Source: an uncultured Bacilli bacterium (GTDB taxonomy: Bacteria > Bacillota_I > Bacilli_A > RF39 > UBA660). Taken from it: a DNA stretch of 34,571 bases. The position numbers and the translations under genes were made by a program. This document shows, piece after piece, positions 1 to 9,665 of the stretch; within the stretch, counting starts at the first letter, position 1; each line of letters starts with the position of its first letter. The notes under the pieces are model-generated. The model was not told where the DNA came from. It made no database searches and saw only the letters and a program-made list of their open reading frames with translations. The DNA is taken from positions 1 through 34,571 of the forward strand of contig CANQFO010000002.1 of NCBI GenBank assembly GCA_947599755.1, given 5' to 3'.

Positions 1-39
1 CTTTGGGGTAAGGGGAAGTCTGCCCTTTTTTACCTTTTT

Positions 40-573
40 TTATAAAATAAATTCCATTTTTCTTTTCAGACTATCTTTATGAAAAACCTTTAAATAAATA
101 TTTCTTATCCCTCTTTTCAATTTTTTTTGATTAAAAAATATAAATTTATCTTTGATAAAATTATTTATACAATATATATTATCAGGATGAACTGTTCCAA
201 CTGCATACTTATACCCTAAGTTACGGCAATATTCATCGAGTTTTAAAAACATTTGATATTGTAATCCTTTACCTATATACTTAGGATTAACAAATATTGG
301 CCCATATTCAACTACATCTTTATCGTTTAAATTAAGATCTAATTCAGATAATGATTTCTCATCAATAGGAATTATCATCATTGAACATACAGGTTCATTA
401 TTAAAATAATAAACCCATATTTTTGATTTATTATTAACTAAATCAATTAAATCAACTTTAGAAAAATCTCCTAACCAATCAGGATGTTCCATATTATTTT
501 TTACATATTCCAGAAATTCTATATATTTATCCATATTTATATCACTTACACAAGTAAATTTGTCTAATTTCAA
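40..573 (-). CDS. GNAT-family N-acetyltransferase
   Basis: 177-aa ORF. It has a GNAT motif-A-like acetyl-CoA site 'VNPKYIGKGLQYQMF' and a size typical of the family. Start is TTG at 571-573, preceded by GAGGTGA. Confidence 0.65.
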   Translation of the reverse strand: MKLDKFTCVSDINMDKYIEFLEYVKNNMEHPDWLGDFSKVDLIDLVNNKSKIWVYYFNNEPVCSMMIIPIDEKSLSELDLNLNDKDVVEYGPIFVNPKYIGKGLQYQMFLKLDEYCRNLGYKYAVGTVHPDNIYCINNFIKDKFIFFNQKKLKRGIRNIYLKVFHKDSLKRKMEFIL

Positions 574-666
574 CTAATCACCTCTATATTCAGTATACAA
601 TATTTTTATTATTTCTACTATCTAGAGAACGAACTATATCTTTTTCATTCATTTTTTCATAAAAAA

Positions 667-693
667 AGAAAAAATTTTGATTCATTTTTTTCT
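667..693 (-). terminator. Weak AT-rich hairpin downstream of the 309-aa gene
   Basis: agaaaaaa (667-674) pairs with ttttttct (686-693) around an 11-nt loop. On the minus strand it is followed by a T run. The stem is almost all A-T, so support is weak. Confidence 0.3.
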
Positions 694-696
694 CTT

Positions 697-1626
697 TTAT
701 TCACTTTGAATTTTACTTGAATAGAAGTAATATTTTTCTTTTGTGTCGTCTTTATGAAATGTATAAGTAATTGTAGTTATTTCTTGCCAATATTGATCTA
801 TCATTTCTTGAAAATTTAGTTCTTCTTTTGTTATTCCTTCTAATTTTTTAATTAACATAGTATGATCATAATCTTTGTAAATTGAGCATGTATATTGATC
901 AATTGGATTATTGGTTTCATCTTGTTGTTGAACTAAATTAAGATAGATAATTTTTTCTCTTAGTTCTATTGATCCGTCTGCCAATTGTACTGCACTATCT
1001 AATTTGGTAGCATATGATTTTGGCGATTGATCAGGATTGGTTTTGCTGATGAAAATAACTTTATATTTAGAATTTTCATTGTCATATGAAATTATCCCTG
1101 TATTTTTTTCGTTTATTTCAAAGGGAAAAGTAATTGTGATATCACTTTGCGTGGAATAGGTAACTTTTTTTCCAAAAAAATGTTGCATATATTCTAGCAT
1201 TTTTTCTTTTTCTAGACTATAAATTGGGAGATTGGTGTTTTCATCTATTTCTTTAGTATCAATAAAATCACTCGCTTTTGCATATTGAAGTGCATACCAA
1301 TATTTTTCATAATTATTGAAATCTTCTAGTTGTACATTTGCTTCTTTGATAAATTTTTCATCTCTTTTTCCGGTTGGAGCGTAAGAAATACTTTGATATA
1401 AATCTAAAACTTTATCTTCTTCTATATTTAGTTCGGTTGATATAGAGGTATTATCAGTGGAAGTTTTTGGACCAAAGAAATAATTGCTAATTAAGTAAAC
1501 TAAAATTCCCATTGATAAAGAAAAAATAACAATAAAAATACTTTTAATTATATGCTTTTTTCCTCTTGTCTTTTTATGAGATGTTGGTTCATATCCTAAG
1601 TCTTCAAATTTAAAATCATCATTCAT
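697..1626 (-). CDS. Hypothetical type-II membrane-anchored protein (short basic N-terminus, one TM, ~260-aa extracytoplasmic domain)
   Basis: 309-aa ORF. ATG at 1624-1626 is preceded by AGGAGGA. A single hydrophobic segment 'IIKSIFIVIFSLSMGILVYLISNYFF' is present. No family motif recognised. Confidence 0.7.
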   Translation of the reverse strand: MNDDFKFEDLGYEPTSHKKTRGKKHIIKSIFIVIFSLSMGILVYLISNYFFGPKTSTDNTSISTELNIEEDKVLDLYQSISYAPTGKRDEKFIKEANVQLEDFNNYEKYWYALQYAKASDFIDTKEIDENTNLPIYSLEKEKMLEYMQHFFGKKVTYSTQSDITITFPFEINEKNTGIISYDNENSKYKVIFISKTNPDQSPKSYATKLDSAVQLADGSIELREKIIYLNLVQQQDETNNPIDQYTCSIYKDYDHTMLIKKLEGITKEELNFQEMIDQYWQEITTITYTFHKDDTKEKYYFYSSKIQSE

Positions 1627-1727
1627 AATAGTTCCATCCTCCTATTATTATTGTACCAATTCTCGTGGAAAAAGTCTATAAAAGAAAAATTTGTTTGATT
1701 TCCGTTTGGATGGTATTACTTCTTCAG

Positions 1728-2852
1728 TTAAAAAGATATGGTCGTTTTTTCTTTACTTTTTAATTCTCCGATATACCAATTGTCTATTTTTTTGCATATT
1801 TGATCAAGAATCGTACATTTTTTTAGGAGAAAGTCATCGATTATCTTAGATCGAATTGTCTCTATGATGGCTCCTATGATAAAGACTATGAGCATTGCTT
1901 GTAAGATATAAATTGGAAAATATGGAGATAACCATAATTGATTTACTTTAAATATTTTATCCCATAATAGAGAGATATTTTCTGTAAAAAGCAAATTTTC
2001 ATGAAGAATATAAATTCCAAATGTTGTTTTTCCTAATTTATTTATGAATTTTATATAAGGAATTTTCATCTTTTTAAATATATAAAACATGGAAATACTG
2101 ATCATGGTTAAAATGATGTTGTTTGTTGTATTTATTTTTGTTGTTTGATTTAATATTGTTGTACTATTTAGATATGTTCCTAATAGGGTAATTCCTAACG
2201 AACATAGGGTTATCATAATCATTCCTATAAAAAATATTTGATAACGATTTCTTTCAAAAAAGTTATTTTCTTTTCTTTTTAAATAAGAAATGATGAAATA
2301 ATAATATATAAAATAAGAAATATTTCCAAAAACATCTTCCCATAATATTAAATAATATGGAATGACTATGGTTAATACGATAACGATTTTCTTTAATGAT
2401 TCTAATTGTAAATTCTTGGTCAATACATTTAAATATGGACTAATTAGATAAAACACTAGATATGAAGTAATAAACCAATATTGACTATAAAATGGAGTTA
2501 ACACTTCTTTTAGGATAAAATTCCAAGAGAATCCATTGATTAATACTCCGATTATTGCTAGAATCAGGCAATAAAACATTACTTGTAAGATTAATTGTAC
2601 TAATTTTTTGGTTTTATAATTTATTTTCTGTTCAGAAATGAAGTAGCAACTAATTAAGATAAATCCTGATACTCCTAAATATCCCCAATTTCCAAGTATT
2701 GTTGCAAAAACGTGATTAGTGGAAAAAGCTGAGTGTAGCATTTTCCAATTATTGCCGTTACCATGCTGAATGCAATGGGCTAATATGATTAAACCCATGC
2801 ATACAATTCTTAGCAATTCTAAATTTGATTGTCTTACTTTATTTTTTTCCAT
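1728..2852 (-). CDS. Acyltransferase family 3 (AT3) membrane O-acyltransferase
   Basis: 374 aa, polytopic. The N-terminal AT3 signature 'NLELLRIVCMGLIILAHC' is present. SD GAGAGGAAAA lies upstream. It overlaps the flippase gene by 14 nt. Confidence 0.85.
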   Translation of the reverse strand: MEKNKVRQSNLELLRIVCMGLIILAHCIQHGNGNNWKMLHSAFSTNHVFATILGNWGYLGVSGFILISCYFISEQKINYKTKKLVQLILQVMFYCLILAIIGVLINGFSWNFILKEVLTPFYSQYWFITSYLVFYLISPYLNVLTKNLQLESLKKIVIVLTIVIPYYLILWEDVFGNISYFIYYYFIISYLKRKENNFFERNRYQIFFIGMIMITLCSLGITLLGTYLNSTTILNQTTKINTTNNIILTMISISMFYIFKKMKIPYIKFINKLGKTTFGIYILHENLLFTENISLLWDKIFKVNQLWLSPYFPIYILQAMLIVFIIGAIIETIRSKIIDDFLLKKCTILDQICKKIDNWYIGELKSKEKTTISF

Positions 2853-4389
2853 ATTTTTTCCTCTCTAATTTTTTGAGCATGGATTTTCCTAGTGTTTGAA
2901 AATATTGAAAGTTATCACTATTTCTAAAAAGTAGATATAGTAATAAATTGGGGATTGTTAGGGAAATGATCCCATTGATTATCATTTGAATATAACTGTT
3001 TTGAATGGTTAGTACTTTACAAAAGAAGAAGGTAATGCTAGAAATCATTATAAATAATAGGAAATATCCAATATTTTCTTTAGCATAATTCGAATATTTT
3101 CTACCAAAGATTTTTTTATAAGCAAACTTAGGATAACTATATCCCCATAGTGCTAAACTACTGATGATTGTTCCCATAAAAACTCCGGCTAATCCAAATA
3201 TCTGTACTAATAAAATAGAAGAGGCTATGTTTAATACTGATTCTATGACTGGAACAAAACGATTTTCTACACAAATTCCTGCTGCGGATAAAAATAAATC
3301 ATTGGATGATCTCATCATGCTTTGGTACATATTGATTACTAAAGTGATGACTACAAAAATTGGTAACACATATTGATTCCCTAGCCAACAAATGATAAAG
3401 CTTTGAATCATTGTTAGAATGCAAATTCCACAAAATGTACTGATCCAAAAATTTAAAAATCTTATTTTTCGATAAACATGAAACTCTTTTTCTTTATCTT
3501 CTTCTACTAATAAATTTCCTACACTTGCTGTGATTGAAGATATTAGCTGGCCAAATAGTGTTTTTACTGAGCTAATAATTAAATAGTAATTGGAATATAA
3601 TCCTACTGTTAAAATATTGATAAATGTTGATATAATGATATTATCTGTTGCATTAATGACTACGGCACCAATTTTATGGAAAAATTGGGCTTTTGTTCTT
3701 GCAATGATATCTTTTTTTAATTCTTTCGATAATTTTTTGATACTTTTTTGTTTAATAAATGGGTATAATTTATTAGCAAATATCGTGATTATTATATTTT
3801 CTAATAGGATACATATTACTTTGATTATTAAATATAAATAATAATTTTTGGTCATTAACAAGAAGAATAATTGTATTGCATTTAGAAATATTAAATAAAC
3901 TAAGTGAATGATATTTATTATATAATTCTTTTGATAGGCATATAATATTGATCTTTTATAAGATAATAAATAGGATATTGATGTTTGTAATAGGAAAATA
4001 ATATATATTATGGTAAAATTTAAGGTTAACTCTGTTTTTCCTACAAATAGATTAATCCATGGAATTACGCATAAACCAAGAAGAAAGATAATCACTGCTA
4101 CTATATGATAGGCTCTTTTATATAAAGTAAGCAAAGCATTAATTTTTTCTTTATCCTCTGTTGCTACTGGCTTATATAAATGAAAGATTATGGCTTCTCC
4201 TATTCCTAAATCAGCAATACTTAACATTGATAAAATATTGGTAAATAAGCCATTTACTCCTAAATATTCTGCTCCTAAGATGGAAAGAAAAAGTTTTTGA
4301 GAAATAAATCCAATTAGGATGGAAAAAAAGTTGACGGTAACTGCTACTATACTATTTCTAATGGAATTACTTGTTCTCATCTTTTGCAT
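2839..4389 (-). CDS. wzx: Oligosaccharide/polysaccharide flippase (Wzx-type, MOP superfamily)
   Basis: 516 aa with about 12-14 hydrophobic helices. The N-terminus 'SIRNSIVAVTVNFFSILIGFISQKLFLSILGAEYLGVNGLF' is typical of polysaccharide biosynthesis (Wzx) proteins. An alternative start ATG at 4378-4380 has better SD spacing. Confidence 0.8.
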   Translation of the reverse strand: MQKMRTSNSIRNSIVAVTVNFFSILIGFISQKLFLSILGAEYLGVNGLFTNILSMLSIADLGIGEAIIFHLYKPVATEDKEKINALLTLYKRAYHIVAVIIFLLGLCVIPWINLFVGKTELTLNFTIIYIIFLLQTSISYLLSYKRSILYAYQKNYIINIIHLVYLIFLNAIQLFFLLMTKNYYLYLIIKVICILLENIIITIFANKLYPFIKQKSIKKLSKELKKDIIARTKAQFFHKIGAVVINATDNIIISTFINILTVGLYSNYYLIISSVKTLFGQLISSITASVGNLLVEEDKEKEFHVYRKIRFLNFWISTFCGICILTMIQSFIICWLGNQYVLPIFVVITLVINMYQSMMRSSNDLFLSAAGICVENRFVPVIESVLNIASSILLVQIFGLAGVFMGTIISSLALWGYSYPKFAYKKIFGRKYSNYAKENIGYFLLFIMISSITFFFCKVLTIQNSYIQMIINGIISLTIPNLLLYLLFRNSDNFQYFQTLGKSMLKKLERKKYGKK

Positions 4390-5575
4390 CCCTTTCTATT
4401 TGGGCTATTTTGAGAAAATTTTTAAAATATTGATTTTTATCAAAGGCTGAATTGTTCGATATTCTTTTATATCCTTCTTTTCCTAATTGTTTTCTTAATT
4501 CTTTGTTTTCATATAGTTGTTTCATTGCTTCATATAATTGTTGTACTAAGTTTTCTTTTTTATTAACAATGATTGCACATTGGTTGTCTACTTCTTCCAT
4601 TATTCCTCCTGAATTGGAAACAATGGTTGCTTTTTTGGATGCTAGTGCTTCTAATACACATAGTGGAAATGCTTCTTCACATGTTGATGGTAAGATCGCT
4701 ACATCTGATCCGTATAAATAATCTGGTATCTGATTTTTATCAACATATCCTGTAAATATGATATTGCTGTTTTTTCCTTCTTCTTCTAATTGTTTAAAAT
4801 AATCATCTTTTTGATCACAATTGAAATTTTTTGTTCCTACGATTAATAAGTTTACATTTTTATATTCTTTATTTAATAAGTTAAATGCTTTTACTAATTC
4901 TAAAATTCCTTTTTCTTTGGTTACTCTTCCGGTGAAAATATATACGATGTTTTCTTTTTGAATGTTGTATTTTTTTCTAATATCTTTATATGCTTTTTTC
5001 TTATACAAATTCTTATCAATTCCATTATAAAGTACTTCTACATTTGTACTTTTTTTCACTTTAAGAGCATTATTTTTTACAAAATTGCTTACAAATATAA
5101 TTTTATCGGCAGTATCTGCTATGAATTTATAGGCTTCTTCGGTTCTTTTATCAGATAATGTATTGTGGATATGCATAATAAATTTTGTATCTTTATATTT
5201 TTTGGTATACTTTTGGTAGACGTTTCTATATAGTAATAAATTGTTTTCTACAATAATATAATCATATTTATTCTTTTTTATTTGCTTTCTTAATTTTAAA
5301 TCATAGGGAAAAATTACTATATTTATTTTTAACTGTTTAAAAATATAATTGATACATCTGCAGATAAAAAATTCTATTTGATGAAAAGAAATTTGTATAA
5401 TTCGTAATCCTTTTTTATTGATTTGTTCTAATTTTTTATCTTTTATTGTATAAACATCTACTAAATCTTGATGTTCTAGAAATCCATCGATAATATAATC
5501 TGTTAATACTTCTACTGCTCCACCATTTACAGATGGTACAGGCAAAATTCCTGGAGTGACTACTGCTATTTTCAT
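4367..5575 (-). CDS. Glycosyltransferase family 4 (GT-B, group 1)
   Basis: 402 aa. The C-terminal GT1/GT4 motif 'PSTCEEAFPLCVLEALASKKATIVSNSGG' (EX7E region) is present. There is an ATGA overlap with the upstream GT2 gene. Confidence 0.9.
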   Translation of the reverse strand: MKIAVVTPGILPVPSVNGGAVEVLTDYIIDGFLEHQDLVDVYTIKDKKLEQINKKGLRIIQISFHQIEFFICRCINYIFKQLKINIVIFPYDLKLRKQIKKNKYDYIIVENNLLLYRNVYQKYTKKYKDTKFIMHIHNTLSDKRTEEAYKFIADTADKIIFVSNFVKNNALKVKKSTNVEVLYNGIDKNLYKKKAYKDIRKKYNIQKENIVYIFTGRVTKEKGILELVKAFNLLNKEYKNVNLLIVGTKNFNCDQKDDYFKQLEEEGKNSNIIFTGYVDKNQIPDYLYGSDVAILPSTCEEAFPLCVLEALASKKATIVSNSGGIMEEVDNQCAIIVNKKENLVQQLYEAMKQLYENKELRKQLGKEGYKRISNNSAFDKNQYFKNFLKIAQIERDAKDENK

Positions 5576-6546
5576 GATTTATCCCCTTTCCATGTTTTTA
5601 GATATTGATATAGATTATTTGTATATATACATAAGAATAATTTGATTTTTTTGGATAAGTTTTTTTCATATTTTATGCATTTGTCTTTTCTATATTTTGT
5701 CATTAAATTTTTTAGTGTTTCTATCGTTTTTTGATTTTGAGTAGTTTTTTCTTTTTGATATTGATAAAGTAAACTCTTTCCTATCAATATAGAATCATTT
5801 TCCAATTTATGATAGATAGAAGAAGTTGTTTCTTTTTTTATGATATCAATGATTTCTTCTATTGCTAATAGTTGTTGTAGACGTTTATGATTATCTATAG
5901 AATCCATTGTACTATTTTGATGGTTTACATAATAATACAATGATTCTGGAATATAGGATATTTTTTGACAATTTAAGGTATATTTCACTATAAATAATAG
6001 GTCTTCACATATTTTTTTGTTTTCATCAAATCTTAGCGTTCCTATTTTTTCTTTGATCAATAATTTATTCCATAAATAACCTTTATAATACTCTTTACAG
6101 ATATTATCTAGGAATGTTTTTTGATCCATTTCTTTTAATGTTTGATTATATAATGTAGAAGACTTAATTTCCTTATTTACATAATAAAATCCACAAACGC
6201 TTAAATCTGAATTGGTTGTCTCTATTTTATTGGCTAGCTTTTCAATTAAATCTTTATCTGTATAATCATCAGCATCAATAAATATTATATATTTTCCCTT
6301 TGCTAAATTTATTCCTTTATTTCTAGCTGATGATACTCCTTGGTGATTTTGATGAATCATTTTGATTCGACTATCTTGTTTTTTCCAATCGTTTGCTTTT
6401 TTTCTACTGGAATCTGTTGATCCATCATCTATTAAAATAATTTCTATATTTTGATATGTTTGATGAATTAATGTTTCTATGCATTTATCTAAATATTTTT
6501 CTACATTGTAAACTGGTACGATTATACTCACTAATTCTTTTTTCAT
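5572..6546 (-). CDS. Glycosyltransferase family 2
   Basis: Motifs 'VSIIVPVYNVEKYLDKCIETL...IILIDDGSTDSS...GVSSARNKG...FIDADDY' (GT-A fold, DXD). The track start at 6555 is a GTG that sits inside the SD AGGTGA, so ATG at 6544-6546 is preferred. Confidence 0.9.
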   Translation of the reverse strand: MKKELVSIIVPVYNVEKYLDKCIETLIHQTYQNIEIILIDDGSTDSSRKKANDWKKQDSRIKMIHQNHQGVSSARNKGINLAKGKYIIFIDADDYTDKDLIEKLANKIETTNSDLSVCGFYYVNKEIKSSTLYNQTLKEMDQKTFLDNICKEYYKGYLWNKLLIKEKIGTLRFDENKKICEDLLFIVKYTLNCQKISYIPESLYYYVNHQNSTMDSIDNHKRLQQLLAIEEIIDIIKKETTSSIYHKLENDSILIGKSLLYQYQKEKTTQNQKTIETLKNLMTKYRKDKCIKYEKNLSKKIKLFLCIYTNNLYQYLKTWKGDKS

Positions 6547-6566
6547 TTGTTTCACCTACTTCAACA

Positions 6567-7517
6567 CTATTGTTTATGAAAAAATTTTCTCCCTATACAT
6601 CTATACATCGAATAAAAATTCATGCAGATAATATATTTAATTTTTTCCTTTTTGCTAGCAGTACTAAAGATAGAATAATTCTTTTTGTATTTGCCAATAT
6701 TTCTTTTTATTATTTTTATTTCTTCTTTGGTTAAATTTTGATTCATTGCATAATTTAAATTTATATTCACAAAATGTTTTATCGCATATTCTTCAATAGT
6801 AGTACTTTTATATTTTTCTATCAACTTTTTATCATATTTTATTTCCGTTTCCATTTTTTTATTGTTCGTTCTCACACTACTATTTTGTCTGATCCGATAA
6901 TAATAATCATGATAAGGTGTTAAAATAGTCTTTTTTGACAACTCTAAATATTTTATTAAAAAATCAAGATCTTCAGCTATTTCCATTTGTTCATTAAAAG
7001 ATATTTCTTTTACTATGCTTGAGTTATATAATTTTGCCCAAGGGGTTGTTTGAAAATGTTTTCCTGTTAACATCATTTTTAATGTATCGACGTTATTTAA
7101 TTCCATGAATTTACTATTACTATTAAATGGTTTATTATTTTTCTCTGTAACAATTACTGCATTACCTATAACTAAATCAGCATTATACTCTTTTGCTTGT
7201 ATTAGCATTTTTTCTATATAGTCTTTCTTGATATAATCGTCTGAGTCAATAAACGTAACATATTCTCCATGCATTTTCGTTATGCCTAGATTTCTTGCTG
7301 ATGATACTCCTCCATTTTTTTTGTGGTATACCTTAATTCTTTTATCTTTTAATGCCCAATCATTGCATTTTTTATCCGATCCATCTGTTGAACCATCGTT
7401 AACTAAAATTATTTCAATATTTTGATAACTTTGTTCTACAATGGTTTTTATACATTCATCCAAATAATTTTTAACATTATATACTGGAACTATTATGCTA
7501 ATCCGTTCTTTTTTCAT
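6567..7517 (-). CDS. Glycosyltransferase family 2
   Basis: Motifs 'ISIIVPVYNVKNYLDECIKT...IILVNDGSTDGS...GVSSARNLG...FIDSDDY'. SD AGGTGA lies 5 nt before the ATG. Confidence 0.9.
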   Translation of the reverse strand: MKKERISIIVPVYNVKNYLDECIKTIVEQSYQNIEIILVNDGSTDGSDKKCNDWALKDKRIKVYHKKNGGVSSARNLGITKMHGEYVTFIDSDDYIKKDYIEKMLIQAKEYNADLVIGNAVIVTEKNNKPFNSNSKFMELNNVDTLKMMLTGKHFQTTPWAKLYNSSIVKEISFNEQMEIAEDLDFLIKYLELSKKTILTPYHDYYYRIRQNSSVRTNNKKMETEIKYDKKLIEKYKSTTIEEYAIKHFVNINLNYAMNQNLTKEEIKIIKRNIGKYKKNYSIFSTASKKEKIKYIICMNFYSMYRCIGRKFFHKQ

Positions 7518-7542
7518 CTATATCACCTATTCTTCCTCATTT

Positions 7543-8550
7543 TTATTTTAGGAATTGTTTGATTAATTTTTTCATTTTGCCGTATATTTTCAGTTTGATA
7601 TAACATGTATAACTTGCATAAGATTGTATGTTAAAATTTCCATATTTTTTATTGATTTTTAAGAAATCTTTATATTCTTTTAATTGAAATAGTTCATTCA
7701 TCATCCTAATATACTGCTTATAAGAGTATTCTGTTGCGATTTGTGTACACCAGCCCTTTGTTGAGTTATATGTACACTCTAACAAGCCTTTGATGTATTT
7801 CAATTCTTTTTTTTCTAGAAAATAATGATCAAGGATTAAATCAATTCTATAGTGATCGATTATTTTTTTCATCATTTTATGGGAATCAAATTTGTGCGTT
7901 AAACTATTTTCATTTATCACATAATGATAATATGTTTTATCTGTAATATATATTTTCTTTGCTTTCATTAAGCATGTAAAATAATATAAATAATCTTCTC
8001 CATAGCTGTATTCTTCCTTGAACTTTATTTTCTTAATGGTTTCATTTTTGAATAATGAACTACATACTGATCCAAACTCATGCTTTTGTACAAACATCTC
8101 AGCTAGTTTATCAAAATCTTGATGAAAATCCAATAATCCGCAATAAAGATTATGAGAGAAATTTTTATATTTTTTGGATTCTTTAACAGACTGTGATTTT
8201 ATAATATCTGGAAAATCATTTTCTAAGGCTATTTTCATCATATCTTCAATATAGTTTGAATCAATATAATCATCTGAATCAATAAAGGTTATATAAAATC
8301 CAGAAGCTTTCATTAAGGCTTTATTTCTAGCAGATGAAACTCCACTATTCTTTTTATGATAAACCTGTATTCTGTCTTCTTTTTCTTTCCATTTGTCACA
8401 GATTAGACCACTCCTATCACTCGATCCATCATTCACTAGAATAATTTGTAGTTTTTTATATGTTTGATTTACAATACTTGATATACATCTATCTAAATCT
8501 TGTTCACTATTATATATTGGTACTATAATCGATACTAACTTTTCCTTCAT
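7543..8550 (-). CDS. Glycosyltransferase family 2
   Basis: Motifs 'VSIIVPIYNSEQDLDRCISS...IILVNDGSSDRS...GVSSARNKA...FIDSDDY'. SD AGGAGA is present. Confidence 0.9.
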   Translation of the reverse strand: MKEKLVSIIVPIYNSEQDLDRCISSIVNQTYKKLQIILVNDGSSDRSGLICDKWKEKEDRIQVYHKKNSGVSSARNKALMKASGFYITFIDSDDYIDSNYIEDMMKIALENDFPDIIKSQSVKESKKYKNFSHNLYCGLLDFHQDFDKLAEMFVQKHEFGSVCSSLFKNETIKKIKFKEEYSYGEDYLYYFTCLMKAKKIYITDKTYYHYVINENSLTHKFDSHKMMKKIIDHYRIDLILDHYFLEKKELKYIKGLLECTYNSTKGWCTQIATEYSYKQYIRMMNELFQLKEYKDFLKINKKYGNFNIQSYASYTCYIKLKIYGKMKKLIKQFLK

Positions 8551-8560
8551 GTTTTATCTC

Positions 8561-9661
8561 CTAACTTAGATTATCTTCATAATACTGATATACTTTTTCA
8601 TAGCTTTTTTGATCATCAAATTCATCGGGAATTTTATTTTTTACCTCTATATCACGATGAATATTGGAATGATTAATTCTTTCGGCCCATTCTTTGGCAT
8701 TATTTTCTAAAGATAAGAAAGTTACGTTGCCTGTAATATTTGAAGTTTTATCTACATTTTTAGATGTAAAGCATTTTAATCCATTGGTTTGCGCTTCTAC
8801 TAAAGAAATACTCATTCCTTCTGCCATGGATGGCATGACGAATACATCAAATGCGGAATATATTCTATTGGTATCTTCTCTTTTTCCTAAAAGAAATACA
8901 TTTTTTTCTAAATCGTACTCTTTTATTTTCTCTTTTAGTTTGTTCATTAGTGGACCGGTACCAACGATTACTAACTTGGAATTTGTTTGTAATTGGTGAT
9001 AAGCATAAAATATATCGAGTAAAAATAGAGGCCTTTTTCTATCGGTAAGGCTTGCCACTTGTCCTATCACTATGTCTTGAGCATCAATCTTTAATTCTTT
9101 TCTAATCTCTTTTCGGTTTTCCTTATTAAACTGGAATTGTTCAATATTTACTCCATTATAAAATATGGTAAAGGGTTTTCCGGAAAACATAAATTCTCCT
9201 GCTTTTTGTCCGCATGCTACTCTTAAATAAGGGATATTTCTTGTTTTGAATTTTCCTATCTTATCTAATATTATTCCTTTTATTCCCCCTTTTTGTAAAT
9301 ATTCTTTGTTCCCATTATGACTATGAAGAATAATTTTTGCTTTAGAATACTTATGGGCTAATATGATCGGTTCATACCAATTGTAACTCATTATATTGAT
9401 ATGAATAAAATCATAGTGATTATTTAGAAAAATTTCTTTTAATTCTTGTTTATGTTTTTGATGGTTTTCTGCTCTTGGAGTAATCTTCCATATTTTTACT
9501 TTTTCTTTTTCTAATTGTTCTTGTAAGGCAAATTTATTTTTTCCATGACAAATGAAGTCAAATTGAATTTGGTTTTTATTTGCATTTTTGTACAAATTAT
9601 ATAAATAAGTGTTAATTCCTCCTAAATTTTCGGACATTCCTGTGATTAATACTTTAATCAT
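8561..9661 (-). CDS. Glycosyltransferase family 4 (group 1)
   Basis: 366 aa. Motif 'VFVMPSMAEGMSISLVEAQTNGLKCFTS'. Same subfamily layout as the genes at 12919-14037 and 16180-17319. SD GAAGGTGA is present. Confidence 0.9.
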   Translation of the reverse strand: MIKVLITGMSENLGGINTYLYNLYKNANKNQIQFDFICHGKNKFALQEQLEKEKVKIWKITPRAENHQKHKQELKEIFLNNHYDFIHINIMSYNWYEPIILAHKYSKAKIILHSHNGNKEYLQKGGIKGIILDKIGKFKTRNIPYLRVACGQKAGEFMFSGKPFTIFYNGVNIEQFQFNKENRKEIRKELKIDAQDIVIGQVASLTDRKRPLFLLDIFYAYHQLQTNSKLVIVGTGPLMNKLKEKIKEYDLEKNVFLLGKREDTNRIYSAFDVFVMPSMAEGMSISLVEAQTNGLKCFTSKNVDKTSNITGNVTFLSLENNAKEWAERINHSNIHRDIEVKNKIPDEFDDQKSYEKVYQYYEDNLS

Positions 9662-9665
9662 TCTT

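Noticed and set aside
12-31. A possible terminator hairpin (aGGGg-aagtct-gCCCt + T6) at the window edge
   Set aside because: The stem has only 4 bp plus a mismatch, and the gene it would terminate is outside the window. It is not supportable.
697-1626. The 309-aa protein as an LCP ligase or a Wzz chain-length regulator
   Set aside because: I could not see an LCP-type Arg/Asp motif pattern. It has only one TM helix, whereas Wzz/CpsC proteins have two. It is left as hypothetical.
3164-5158. Plus-strand ORFs of 60-89 aa (3164-3376, 3590-3841, 4452-4721, 4573-4755, 4958-5158) inside the flippase and GT4 genes
   Set aside because: They lie fully antisense to long minus-strand genes that carry clear family motifs. 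Their translations are low-complexity and F/L/I-rich, and they have no SD. They are shadow ORFs, as expected in AT-rich DNA.
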